Below are positions 25,776 to 38,895 of a stretch of 64,000 nt of DNA, in pieces. This DNA is from Felis catus (taxonomy: Eukaryota), in NCBI RefSeq assembly GCF_018350175.1, contig NC_058378.1, forward strand, positions 2,046,001 through 2,110,000, written 5' to 3'. The stretch's first letter is position 1, and each line of letters starts with the position of its first letter. The position numbers and the translations under genes were made by a program. Below the pieces are notes generated by a model that saw only the letters and a list, made by a program, of their open reading frames with translations, made no database searches and was not told where the DNA came from.

Positions 25776-27495
25776 TATTTTAGATATTTTGAAATTTCAA
25801 ATATTCTCCAAATTGCTTGTGTCTAGTAGAGAGGAACGGTGGCAGTCATTCATCGTAATGATAACTATATTAGAAGATCCTATGAGCTGAGTCTAAAAGG
25901 GGTTCCAATGACAGAGAATTTTAGAATTTACTGGCAGAAGTGATAATCACAGCCGCTTGACAGTTTTCATGACTAAAAGTAGACTAGTAAAACCAGTGTT
26001 AGTCAGAACTTTGGTTATTCAACAATTTAATTATTTGAAATAATTGAATAATAGTTCTTCACTAATCAATATTATTGATAAACTCCCATTAATATTTTAG
26101 TATTGGCATTGCATAATTATTTATAATATATAGTACTTTATTCATATTATTGAGTTGCATGTTAATTGTAATATCAGTGATAACTCATATTTAATCATAA
26201 GACACTTTCTAATATTTAAGAGTTAACATTCCCTGTAGAAAATTACGTTTCAATGCATGTACTTAATTTTGTGACAAGGGGTATGATAGGCTGATCAATA
26301 AAATATTTCCAAGCAAATAAATAGATCACATAATGATACAATTCTGTAGGGGAGGTGAAAAGAATATGTGAATACAACAATAAAGAGAAATCACAAAATT
26401 TCTGGATACTGAAAATAAAGCAAATTCAAATTTTAAATTGATAATGGCAGGTATTCAATCATTACAGCTTTTAGATTCCATAAATCCTTATGAAAAATGC
26501 AGCATTTTTTCCTTAAATTGCAGTATTTAATATTTCAATTATATTATACTAATATTAGTTATATTAATTGAAATATTTTTGCAAATAACTAAAATATATA
26601 TTTAAATAAAACTTGATTTACAATCAGGCAAGGAACTACATACTTATGCAAAATAATTTTATGTGGCTTAGAGCAAAAAAAGAATTTGAAGCCACACTTT
26701 GACAACTGTCAGTGCAACAAAATAGTGAAGTAGGAGGTCTGAAATTTGCTAATATATTGACCAAGTAAGACACAGTCAATTGATAGAACCAAATGTCATT
26801 AAATAATTAATTAGGGACTATATTTTAATGGTTGAGAAGTAAATATATGGGAGTTGAGCACATACGGACTCCAAATTTAGAATACTTGTTTTATACATAA
26901 AACATTAGAGTGCATGGATGAGTATGTTCTTTCTTTAAAAAGACATGACTTAATTTAAATAGACTTTAATTGCTTTAATTGGTTAAAAAATATGAACATC
27001 AAAGAGACATGTCTGAGGTCTCTTTACTTGGTAAAATAATGGAATCCATGAAATTCTGAAAATTGGTTAGACTTCCATGAAGTTGATGAATTGATGTTTT
27101 TGTTTTAAAATTTAATGATACACACTTAGCATGATATAAGTGAACTAGGTTTATATTCTGCTTGAAAAGTCAATGCCGGCTGGAAGAATGTGGATCTCTT
27201 CCTAAATTTTTTTTTTTTTTCTGAGTGGAATGAGATGGGGTAAGGGAGTATTGATTTTCCATTGCACATCAGTAAAATATAAAGTTTAGTAAAATTTAGT
27301 ATTTGCAAAATTTCCAAATGTATACCTTTTTTGTGAATAGTATCAGTAGAATTCTTAGAAGGCTTGTTAGTGTCTTTCACTACTCCCTAGTTCATAGACT
27401 CTTAGAATAGTAGAGGACTTCATAATTCACGTAGTTTAAGATTTGGAAACAAAAGTCAGTTCAGAATAAAAGGTTATTTAAGAGACAACAGTATT

Positions 27496-27720
27496 GGGGT
27501 GCCTGCGTGGTTAAGTGTCCAACTTCAGCTCAGGTCATGATCTCATGGTTCGTGGGTTTGAGCCCTGATTCAGGCTCTGTGCTGACAGCTCAGAGCCTGG
27601 TGCCTGCTTTGGATTCTGTGTCTCCTTCTCTCTCTGCCCCTCCCCTGCTTATGCTCTCTCTTTGTTTCTCAAAAAAAAAAAAAAAAATTAAAACCTGTAA
27701 AGAAAGAAAGAAGAAAAGAA
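27496..27720 (+). mobile_element. Can-SINE
   Basis: Head (small deletion), body and long A-rich tail. Confidence 0.92.
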
Positions 27721-27931
27721 AGCATATGGACCCGGTCCTGGGCTCCTCCTGCAAGCTCACCCCACACTCTCGTATCCCAAGAAGCAGGTCTGTCCATCTG
27801 TCTGTAATTTTTATTGAAGTGTAATATATAAACTGTAAAGTGCAGGAACAGCGTTGCTCTTCAATGGACAACAGAAGCACATTACACGTGTGAAGACACT
27901 CCTGAGCCCACAGTGCAGATTGCTGTAAATA

Positions 27932-29153
27932 GAGGACACCTCCTTGTATTGCGTTTAGCTTCGTCGTATTTCTCAGATTTGCATTTTTTACAGACTGGAA
28001 GTTTGTGTCAACCCTGTGTCAGGCAGGTCTCTTAGCGCCGTATTTCCCAACAGTATTTGCTCACTTTGAGTCTGTGTGTCACCTTTGATATTTCTTGCCA
28101 TATTCACACTTTTTCATGGCTATCATATTTGGTATGGTTATCCCTGACCAGTGATCTTTGGTGTCCCTGTTGTAATTGTTCTGTAATTGCCATGGACAGT
28201 GCCCATGGGAGACAGCGAGCTTAACTGATAAACGTGTGGGTTCTGACTGCCCCAGCACCTGGCCATTCCCCTGTTTCTCTCCATTTTGTCAGGGCTCCCC
28301 ATTCATTGAGACACAACAATATGGAAAGTAGGCCAATTAATACACCTACAATGGCCTCTAAGTGTTTGGGCGAAAGAAAGAGTCACGGGTCTGTCACGAA
28401 TCACAAACTAGGAAGGAGTCAGCTCAGAGAGGAAGGTGTGTCCAAAGCTGAGACAGGCTGAGAGTGAGGCCAAGTGATGCACCAAACATCAGCCAAGTGG
28501 AGGACCCAGAGGACAAGCTCCTGAAGGAAAGGACAGGTGCTTCTCCAGTGAGCACATGAATGGCAAGAAAGCCACACAGCCTACTGCTGATACGGAGAAA
28601 GGTTGTGTGGTCTGGACTTATGATCGAACCGGCCCCAACATTCCTTCAGGCAAAGCCTAACCTGGAGCAAGGCCCTGCCTCTTCACTTCTGTGCAGGCTG
28701 AGAGGTGAGGAGACTGCAGAGGAGAAGTCTGAAGTGAGCAGAGGTTGTTTCGTGACCTTTAAGGAGGGAAGCCGCCTCCTTGACATAAAAGCCCCAGGTG
28801 AAGTCACGGTGTATGTACATACACACCAGCCACCCTCACACTGTCCTCAACCCTCATCGCTGTTCAGCTTCCCTCGAATGCTTCCAGTTTCCTAAACATG
28901 GGCTTTCCATTTGCTTGTAGACATTTGAACCATCTTAACAGTATTCTAGTGCTTTTTATAATATAATGCTTTTCAAATATTGTACGTACATTGTTTTTTT
29001 AAGACATAATACTTTTGCAGACTTAATAGAGTACCACAGTGTGTAAACGTGACTTTCATATGCACTGGGAACATCTCCTTTCTTTTACTTGATGGTGGTA
29101 TTCACTGCCCCAGATTGTTTAGGACTGAACTGCGTGTCTCTCAAGCATGCCTG
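27932..29153 (+). mobile_element. Tigger1 (Tc1/mariner-pogo DNA transposon), internally deleted
   Basis: Both termini recognisable (ta|gaggacacc... and ...aagcatgcctg). Transposase start at 28351, MASKCLGERKSHGSVTNHKLGRSQLREEGVSKAETG, resembles Tigger1 MASKCSSERKSRTSLTLNQKLEMIKLSEEGMSKAEIG. The central part of the element is missing. Confidence 0.9.
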
Positions 29154-29204
29154 TCCTCCTATGGCCATTTATATACATCTTTTATACCTTCTTCTAAGCT
29201 GTCC

Positions 29205-29430
29205 TTTTTTTTTTAAACTTTTTAAGAATGTTTATTTATTTTTGATAGGCAGAGAGAGATAGAGCATGAGCAGGGGAGGGGCAGAGAGAGAGGGAGACCC
29301 AGAATCCAAAGCAGGCTCCAGGCTCTGAGCTGTCAGCACAGAGCCCAACTCAGGGCTCGAACCCATAAATCATGAGAGCATGAACCTGAGCCAAAGTCAG
29401 ATGTTTAACCGACTGAGCCTACAGGTGCCC
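29205..29430 (-). mobile_element. Can-SINE
   Basis: Antisense body, TSD taagctgtc on both sides. Confidence 0.93.
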
Positions 29431-29889
29431 TTAAGCTGTCTTTTGATTAACTCGGTATAGTCATTTAATAATTTCCAGTTTATTGTTATTTTTGATGGAT
29501 TGTGCTTTTTGTGTCCTGATTAAGAAGTTTTGACTACCATAATAAGGTCATGAAGATATTCTTCTATGTATTCTTATAAAAACACTACTATTTCTTCTTT
29601 CATATTTAGGTAATGACCTTAAACAATTTTTCTGTAATAGGGGTAATTGTTACATTTTTTAAATGGCTTCGTTGTTGTTGTTTTCTTAACGATACATACA
29701 CACATTTATGTACACTTGAAAAGCAGGCACAACTGCTCTCTGGGCTCAGAGTCAAGCTCATGTCTGCCCTTTGGCAGAGGGACCGTGGTTGGCTGGCTTC
29801 AGACCCATCAAACTGTGTGATTTTAATTGTTGTACTTCTCCTTAATTTATTTTTTGATGTAAACTTGCATAAATCATAAAAGAATAACT

Positions 29890-30062
29890 CCTAAGAGAAT
29901 ATCAACAAAATGCAACGTGTGGAACTAGTGTGCTGATTCACATAAAAGTACCAGCAAAATAAAATTTGTGGGATGATTAGGGAAATTTAAACACTGACTT
30001 GTTTAATAAATAATACTAGGAATTATTGTTATTTATGCCATGATAATGCCTTTGTGGTTATT
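29890..30062 (+). mobile_element. Ancient L1MC-like 3'UTR, left half (split by the carnivore L1)
   Basis: caaaatgcaacgtgtgga...gggaaatttaaacactgact...gataatgcctttgtggtta. Continues colinearly after 37195. Confidence 0.6.
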
Positions 30063-30482
30063 TTTTTCATCTTTTATGTTTTATGTTATTTTTTAATTTT
30101 TATTCTTTATTTTAACTCCGGTATAGTTAACACACAGTGTAATATTAGTTTCAGGTTCACAGTATAATGATTTAACACTTCCATACATCACCAGGTATTC
30201 ATCACAACAAGTGCCCTCCTTAATTCCCATCACCTATTTCACCCTCCCTCTGGTGACCATCAGTTTGTTCTCTATATTTAAGAGTCTGTTTTTTGATTTG
30301 CCTCCCTCCCTCTCTCTTTTTTTCCCATTTGGTCATTGGGTTTGTTTCTTAAATTCACATATGAGTGAAATCTTATGGTATTTGTCTTTCTCTGACTGAC
30401 TTATTTTGCTTAGCATTGTTGCTTTCTAGTTACATCCACAGTGTTGCAGATGGCAAGCTTTTTAATCGCAGAGTAATATTCC

Positions 30483-30521
<39 letters not shown>

Positions 30522-31742
30522 ACACACATCACATCTTCTTTATCCGTTCTTCAGCCAATGGGCAGTTGGGCTATTTCCATAGTTTGGCTATTGGTAAACA
30601 ATCCTTCTATAAACATAGGGGTGAATGTATCCTTTTTAATTAGTGTTTTTGTATTTTTTGGATAAATACATAGTAGTTCAGTTACTGGATCCTACGGTAC
30701 TCTAATTTTTTGAGGAACCTCCATACTGATTTTCACAGTAGCTACACCATTGTGCATTCCCACTAACAGTGCATGAGGGTTCCTTTCTCTCCACATCCTT
30801 ACTGACACCTGTTGTTTCTTGTGTTGTTGATTTTAGCCATTCTGACAGGTGTGAGGTGATATCTCATTGTGGTTTTGATTTCCATTTCCCTGATCTTGAA
30901 TGATATTGAGCACATTTGGATGTTGAGCATCTTGGCCATCTGGATGTCTTCTTTTGGAGAAATGTCTGCTCATGTCTTCTGCCCATTTTTAAATTGGATT
31001 ATTTGTTTTTTGGGTGTTGAGTTGTATAAGTTCTTTATATATCTTGGATACTAATCCTTTATTGGAAATGTCATTTACAAATATCTTCTCCCATTCCATT
31101 GGTTGCCTTTTAGTTTTGTTTATTGTTTCCTTTGCTGTGCAGAGGCTTTTTATCTTGATGTAGTCCAATTGTCTACATTTGCTTTTATTTCCCTTGTCTC
31201 AGCAGACATACTTAGAAAAATTTTACTACAGTTGATGTCAGGTAAATTACTGCCTGTTCTCTCCTATAGGATTTTTGTTGTTTCAAGTCTCACATTTAGG
31301 TCTTTCATTCATTTTGAGTTTATTTTTGTGTATGTGGTAAGAAAGTGGTCCAGTTTCATTCTGTTGCATGTTGCTGTCCAGTTTTCCCAAAACCATTTGT
31401 TGAAGAGACTGTCTTGTTCCCATTGCATATTCTTTCCTCCTTTGTTAAAGATTAATTGACCATGTAGTTGTGGTTTACTTTTAGATTTCCTATTCTGTTC
31501 TACTGATCTCTGTTTTGATCACTACAGCTTTGTAGTATAACTTGAAGTCCAGAATTGTGATGCTTCCAGGTTTATTTTTCCTTTTCAAACTTACTTTGGC
31601 TATTTGGGGTCTTTGGTGGTTCCTTACAAATTTTAAGATTGTTTGTTGTAGTTCTGTGAAAATTGAATTGGTATTTTGATAGAGATTGCATTTAATGTCT
31701 AGATTGCTTTGGGTACTATAGCTTTTGGTACTGTAGGTATTT

Positions 31743-31886
31743 NNNNNNNNNNNNNNNNNNNNNNNNNNNNNNNNNNNNNNNNNNNNNNNNNNNNNNNNNN
31801 NNNNNNNNNNNNNNNNNNNNNNNNNNNNNNNNNNNNNNNNNNNNNNNNNNNNNNNNNNNNNNNNNNNNNNNNNNNNNNNNNNNNNN
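31743..31886. other. N-run (144 N) inside L1
   Basis: Directly visible. Confidence 1.
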
Positions 31887-31934
31887 ATTTTTGGTGCAAT
31901 TATAAATAGAATTTTTTTCTTAATTTCTATTTCT

Positions 31935-32125
31935 TTTTTATGTTTATTTATTTTTGAGAGAGAGATGGAGCATCAGCAAGGGAGGGATAGAGAGAGAGGG
32001 AGACACAGAATCCAAAGCAGACTCCAGACTCTGAGCTGTCAGCATGGAGCCCAAAGCGAGGCTCGAACTCACAAACTGTGAGATCATGACCTGAGCCAAC
32101 ATCAGATGCCCAACCAACTGAGCCC
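31935..32125 (-). mobile_element. Can-SINE, 5'-truncated, nested in L1 ORF2
   Basis: TSD cttaatttctatttct at 31919-31934 and 32126-32141. Confidence 0.93.
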
Positions 32126-32608
32126 CTTAATTTCTATTTCTGCTGCTTCTTTATTAGTGTATATAAATGCAACAAATTTCTGCACATTGATTTTTTATCC
32201 TTTGATTTTACTGAATTCATATATGGGTTCTAGTAGTTTTTTGGTGGAGTCTTTTGGGTTTTCTATATATAGTACCATGTCATCTGCAAATAGTGACAGT
32301 TTTCCTTCTTCCTTACCAATTTGGATGCCTTTTATTTCTTTTTGTTGCCTAATTTATGTGTCTAGGACTTCTAGCACTATGTTGAGTAAAAATGATGAGA
32401 GTGGACATCCCTCTCTTGTTCCCGACCTTAGGGAAATACTCTCAGTTTTTCCCCATTGAGTTTGATGCTTGCTGTGGGTTTTTCATAAATGACCTTTATC
32501 AGATTGAGATATGTTTCCTCTAAACCTGCTTTGTTGAGGCTTTTATCATGAATGGATGTTGTACTTTATCAAATGATTTATGATATGGTTCTTATCCTTC
32601 CTCTTTTT

Positions 32609-32830
32609 TAAAAAAAAATTTTTTTTTCAACGTTTGTTTATTTTTGAGACAGAGAGAGACAGAGCATGAACGGGCGAGGGGCAGAGAGAGAGGGAGACAC
32701 AGAATCGGAAACAGGCTCCAGGCTCTGAGCCATCAGCCCAGAGCCCGACGCGGGGCTCGAACTCACGGACCGCGAGATCATGACCTGGCTGAAGTCGGAC
32801 ACTTAACCGACTGCGCCACCCAGGCGCCCC
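32609..32830 (-). mobile_element. Young felid Can-SINE nested in L1 ORF2
   Basis: CpG-intact, with variant gagccatcagccc and ctggctgaagtcgg. 17-bp TSD ttatccttcctcttttt. Confidence 0.97.
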
Positions 32831-35800
32831 TTATCCTTCCTCTTTTTGATGTGATGTATCACATTGATTGATTTGCAAATATTGAACCACTCCTGCATAC
32901 CAAGAATAATCCCAATTGATCATGGTGAAATTTTTTTTTTTGATGTATTGTTGGATTCAGTTTGCTAGTATTTTGTTGCAAATTTTTGCAGTTTGTAGTT
33001 CTCTTTTTTAGTGTTTTTAGTGTTGTCTTTATCTGGTTTGGGTATCAGGGTAAGGCTGACCTCATAGAATGAATTTGGAAGTTTTCCTTCCTTTTCTATT
33101 TTTTGGAATAGATTGAGAAGAATAGGTATTAACACTTCTACAAGTGGTTGGTAGAACTTGCCTGTGAAGTTGTCTGGTTATGGACTTTGTTGGGATTTTT
33201 TTTTTCCATTACTGATTCAATCTCTTTACTGAGAATTGAAATGTTCAAATTTTCTATTTCTTCCTGCTTCAGCTTGATAGGTTATATGCTTCTAGGAATT
33301 TATCCACTTCTTCTAGGTTATCCGATTTTTTGGCATATAGTTTTTCATAATACTCTCTTACATATATTTGCATTTCTTTGTTGTTGGTTGTTATTTTTCC
33401 TCTTTCATTTGTGATTTTGTTTATTTGAATCCCTTCTCTCTCTCTCTGTCTCACTCACTCTGACTCTCTCTCTCTCTCGGTAAGTCTCTGTAGAAGTGTA
33501 TCAATTTTGTTCATCTTTTCCAAGAATCAGCTCCTGGTTTCATTGATCTGTTCTATTGTTTTTTAGTTTCTATATCATTTATTTCTGCTCAGATCTTTAT
33601 TATTTCCTTCCTTCTTCTACTTTTGGTTTTGTTTGTTGTCCTTTTCCTAGCTCCATTATGTGTAAGGTTAAGTTGTTAATTTGAGATTTTTCTTGCTTCT
33701 TCAGGTAGGCCTTTATGTCTATAAATGGCCCTCTGAGAATTGCTTTTGTGCAGTGCAAAGGTTTTGGACCATTGTGTTTTCATTTTTATTTGTTTCCATG
33801 TATGTTTTTTTTATTTCTTCTTTGACTTCTAGGTTCCCCAACTCATTGCTTAGTAGCATGTTGTTTAACCTGTATGTATTTGTGGTCTTTCCAGATTTTT
33901 TGTTGTGGTTGATTTCTAGTTTCATAGTGCTGTGGTCAGAAAATGTACATGGTATGACTTCAGTCTCCTTGAATTTGTCTTGTGGCCTAATATGTGACCT
34001 GTTCTGGAGGATGTTCCATGTGCACTTGAAAAGAATGCATTTTCTGTTTTAGGATGGAATGTTCTGAATATATCTGATAAGTCCATATAGTGTGCCATTC
34101 AAAGCCACTGTTTCCTTGTCGATTTTCTGTTTGGATGATTGGGTCCGTCAATATAAGTGGGATGTTAGGGTCCCATACTATTGTTATGTTATTATCAGTT
34201 GGTTCCTACATGTTTGTTATTAACCGTTTCATGTATTTGGGTGCTTCTGTATTGGGTGCATAAATATTTACAATTGTTTTATATTCTTGTTAGATTGTCT
34301 CCTTTATTATATAGTGTCCTTCTTTGTCTCTTGTTACAGTCTTTGTTTTACAGTCTATTTTGTCTGATAAAAGTATTGCTACTTCAGCTTTCTTTTGACA
34401 TCCATTCTCATGACAAATCTTTCTCCCGTCACTTTCAATCTTCAGGTTTCTTTAGGTATATAATGAGTTTCTTGCGGGCAGCAGATAGATGGGTATTGTT
34501 TTTTTTTTTTTTTTTTTCATCTCTGTCCACCTGTGTCTTTTGTTTGGTGTGTATAGTCCATTTATATTCAAAGTAATTGTTGATAGATATGTATTTATTA
34601 CCACTTTCTTAATTGTTTTCTGGTTGTTTTATAGCTATTCTCTGATCCTTTCCTCTCTGGCTCTCTTTCATGGTTTCCCAGTTTTCTTTAGTGACATATT
34701 TGGGTTCCTTTCTCCTTATTCTTTGCATATCTATTAGTGGTTTTTGATTTCTGTTTGCCATTAGTTTTGTATATGACACCTTCTGAATATAGCAGAATGG
34801 GTTCATGTCCTCCTAAGTTCGAATCCATTTGTTACTCCTCTCCCCATCATGTTTTAGGTATGTGGTGTCATACTTACCATCTTTTTATTTTGTGAATTCC
34901 TTGACTGACTTTTTACACAAACACTCGTTTTTACTGCTTTTGTGTTTACTGCTTTTCATACCCTGACTTAAAGTCTTACCTTTCCACTCAAACAATCCCC
35001 TTTAATATTTCTTGCAGGGCTGGTTTAGTGGTCATGAACCCCTTTATTTTTTGTTGATCTGGGAAACTCCTTATCTCTCTTTGCGTTCTGAATGATAGCC
35101 TTTCTGGATAGAGTATTATTGGCTGCAGATTTATTCCTTTCATCACTTTGAATATATCCTGCCACTCCCTTTTGGCCTGCAAAATTTCTGCTGGAAAATC
35201 AGCTGATATCCTTATGGGATTTCCTTTGTGTGCAACTCTTTCACTTGCTGCTTATAAAATGTTATCTTCATCACTACATTTTGCCATTTTGCTATCTACA
35301 CGTCTTGGTGTGGATGGACCTCCTTTGGTTGATTTTGTTGGGGAATCTGTGCCTCCTGGATCTTGATATCTGTTTCCTTCCCCAGATTAGGGAATTTTTT
35401 ATCTATTATTTCTTCAAAAATATCTTGCTCTTTTTCTGAGATCCCTGTAATATGAATGTTATTACGCTTGATGGAGCCACTGTGTTCTCCTAAGTCTATT
35501 CTCATTTTCCAGAATTCTTTTTTCTCTCATTTGTTCAGCTTGTTTACATTCCATTACTCTGTCTTCCAGGTCACTAATTCATTCCTCTGCTTATTCCAGC
35601 CTGCTATTTAGTCCATCAAGTGTATTTTTAATTTCATTTATTGTGTTCTTCATCTCTAATTGCTTCTTTTTTATCTTTAAGGGTCTCACTGATGTCTTCC
35701 ACTCTTTTGTCAAGTCCAGTGAGTATATTTATGATCATTATTTTAAATTCTCTATCAAACACGTTACTTATATCCATTTCACTTAGGTCTCTTGCTGTGG

Positions 35801-36690
35801 TTTTTCCTGTTTATTCATTTGGGACAAATCATTCTCTGTTTTCATTTTGTCTGACTCGCTGTATCTGTTTCTGTGTGTTAGGAAATTAGGCTATGTCTCT
35901 TGTTTTTGGAAGTAGTGAGAGGGGTATGTGCTTTTAATTAGGCCCCTTCCACATGGGGTGCCCAGCTGGGGAAGGGTGCATAGTGGCAGGTTGGCACCTT
36001 TCTCTGACTCCACAGGGGATGCACAGCCCCTGAGGAGATGCAGGCCAGCTGAGGTGCTCAGTAAAGTCCTCCCTTGGGTGCCCAGTGCTACAAGCTGTGT
36101 GCACAGCCACCATGGAGGCAGGCCCCCAGCCGGTGCTGCTCTGCTATACACCCATGAGGGTGCAGTTTTTGCAAGGTGCACTGATCCTCTGCAGAAGGCC
36201 AGGAGAGGCAGTGGTGGAAAGGTTTGAAGAAGTCTTTCTGTCGAGGGGCCTACAGCCCTGACGTGGGGGTGGGTGGGGGGATCCCACAGCCCTGGGACTT
36301 GAGGCAAGCCTGGATGCAGGGCTGGGGCCTGGTGTAAACATGTTAGGTAGTGAAGGCCCGCATCGTGCTGGTTTTCACGGATGGCTTCACACAGACTGTG
36401 CTTATGCTGGAGGGCGTGGGGTGGCTGTGGTGCCCCCTGGCTCTCTGTTCCTGCAGGAATCCCTCAAGAATTCTGAGGTCAGTGACTACTTGTCCCTTCC
36501 TGAGGCCCCAGGTGCCTTTCACACTGCTGTTCCCAAGCTATATCTCCAAGGGCTGTTTGCTGTGCTAGTGGGGACTCAGCTTCCTGCCACCCTCAGGTCT
36601 CTCCGAGAACCAAGCCTGCTGATTTTTAAAGTTCTAGGCTTTAATTCTTGCTGCTTGTATGCACTCACAAAATCTGGCTCCTCTCATTTT

Positions 36691-36719
36691 TTAATGTTTA
36701 TTTATTTATTTTGAGAGAA

Positions 36720-36762
<43 letters not shown>

Positions 36763-36882
36763 CTCAAGCAGGCTCTGTGCTCAGTGCAGAGCCCAATTAG
36801 GGGCTCAACTCACAGTCGTGAGATCATGACCTGAGCCAAAATCAAAAGTCAGATGCTTAACTGACTGAGCCGCCCAGGCTCA
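36691..36882 (-). mobile_element. Can-SINE nested in L1 5'UTR
   Basis: Antisense body with (GA)n. Degenerate TSD ctggctcctctcatttt / ctggctcttctcagtttt. Confidence 0.92.
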
Positions 36883-37194
36883 CTGGCTCTTCTCAGTTTT
36901 AAAGCCAAGTGCCGTGGGAATTTCTCCGCCTCTCATGGGCTCGATGTGCTAGTCTGTTTCTTGCCCCTCTTGGTGCTCATCCCTCCCTCCCTCCAGTGTT
37001 CAGACCCCAGTTTCTGCAGGGTCCTCACCCTTCCTACCCTCTTCCATATAGCCACTTCCCTACATCGAGTTGTGGAGTTTGTTGGGTCCTTTTCTGGTTG
37101 TTTGCTGCGGTGCACGTGTTAACTAGTTCATCTGTGGGATGAGGCGAGTTTAGGGTCCTCCTGCTTGGCCAACTTCTGTAATACCTATGTTCCG

Positions 37195-37490
37195 TTGTGG
37201 TTATTAAGGCTCCTATTAAGTCTCTGATTTGTACACAGCAAGGTATTTATGGATGACACTATTTAAAATGTTTTGGATTTTCTTTAAAATAATCCAATAA
37301 GTGACAGTGTGTGTGAGGATAGGTAGAAATGAAATAAAATGGGTCATGTCAACATTTCAGCGCTGATAATATTTTTAAATAGATGAAAAACACATGCTAC
37401 TTTATTAGTCTATTTTCTCCTGTATTTTATTGTACTTTTTTCATCTATGTCCTGGATGTTTAAACTTTTAATAATAAGTTGTAAATGTAT
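37195..37490 (+). mobile_element. Ancient L1MC-like 3'UTR, right half
   Basis: tatttatggatga...ggattttctttaaaataatcca...atgaaataaaatgggtcatg continues the element that ends at 30062. Confidence 0.6.
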
Positions 37491-37504
37491 TCTTGCCATG
37501 TCAT

Positions 37505-37683
37505 ATCTCCAGATGAGGACACACCCAGGCTGACAGCATGATTGCAGCCTTGGGAGACCTAAGCAGGGGGTCCCGTTATGCTAAACCTGAAGTCCTGACC
37601 CCCAGTAATTCTGAGATAAATGGGACTGTAGCAGGATGCTAAGTTTGCAGTAATCTCTTGGGCAGTGATATAGAACTCATACA
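37505..37683 (+). mobile_element. MLT1 (MaLR) LTR 3' fragment
   Basis: ctccagatgag...gattgcagccttgggagacc...tcctgaccc...gctaagtttgcagtaat...aactcataca. Confidence 0.7.
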
Positions 37684-38680
37684 GTTACCATTAAATTGCT
37701 GACTACAAACCAGTGATTCTACTCAGCTATGTCTGTCACAACCATCAAACAAATTCAGATAATTTTTTATGCTATAGAGTAAAAATTTGAGTAGTTTTTC
37801 AAAGTTCAGACCAATCAACAGGCTATCCAGCTAAATGCATATTTGGTTCCTCCAAATTACAAAGCCCAGGACAGTTCTTATGCACCGCCCACACTCCAGG
37901 TAGAGACAGACCAGAGAAGCGCCCCAGTGACATCAAGGAGCATATGCCAATTGCTAAATCCAGGGGCTGGTTATGGTGTGGACCATGAGAGGATGGCCTA
38001 TGAGATCCCTGGAGGGTTTTCAGTAGCCTGTGGTCAACACATCTACCCTCAGTGTAATTTCCCGGTCTGGCCTTTGTTCTGTCCACTCCTGGCGATGAAG
38101 CTGCTTTTGTGGAAATAGAGCAATGCGTAGGTAGAGTGAGAAACCATTTGCATTTCTGGAAAAAATATTCATGAATAGAAGCTGTCTTGAAAAATACAGC
38201 TAGCTATAAATAAATCAATTATTCTTTTAACATGCGCTTCTTTCTTCTGAGCTATATTTCAATATTTCAGTCAAAAATATTTATGAATTCTCTTTGAAGG
38301 GCATTGACTCCTGCTACCTAATAAGTAAGAAAGGCTTGGGTTTTAGATGAGCAGTCTAGACTCATTAAATAGCATAAAGCTGATGGCCAAAATGGGATAC
38401 ATTTCTGATGCTTTATGAAGGTTAATAAGCCTTATTATTCTGACCTGATAATCAAAACATAAAGCACATCTTGCAAAATGATTCAATGATTACAAAAGTG
38501 CAAAGCGGAATACAGTCTTTTAATCAACAAATAAGATGTACATAAGAAGCTCATATTACTAGTCAAATTAAGTTCTGAATCTAATTACAAGTTCAAAGAA
38601 TTATTGGTAGAAAGCTATGTGGTACTCTTAGTAAGAAAACATGGTTTCTGTTAGTGATGACAGAAAATTTCTATTTTAGT

Positions 38681-38895
38681 TATAAAAAAATTTTAATGTC
38701 ATTTATTTTTGAGAGACCGAGAGAGACAGTGTATGAGAGGGGGAGGGTCAGAGAGAGGGAGAGACAGAATCCGACACAGGCTCCAGGCTCTGAGCTGTCA
38801 GCACAGAACCCGACACAGAGCTCAAACCCATGAAACCGAGTTCATGACCTGAGCCGAAGTTGGATGCTTAACCAACTGAGCCACCCAGGCACCCC
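38681..38895 (-). mobile_element. Can-SINE
   Basis: Antisense body ending ccacccaggcacccc. Confidence 0.93.

Larger units (their letters stand above)
30063..37194 (-). mobile_element. Full-length decayed carnivore LINE-1 (5'UTR, ORF1, ORF2, 3'UTR, A tail)
   Basis: T-rich tail at ~30063-30115. ORF2 remnant MKLEINHNKKSGKTTNTYRLNNMLL. ORF1 remnants REWQDIFKVMKGINLQPIILYPERLSF...KPALQEILKG and SIKRNNIHITGISE. L1-type 5' start at ~37176 (minus gaagttggccaagcaggaggaccctaaactcgcctcatccc). Candidate TSD ttgtggttatt at 30052-30062 and 37195-37205. Confidence 0.93.
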
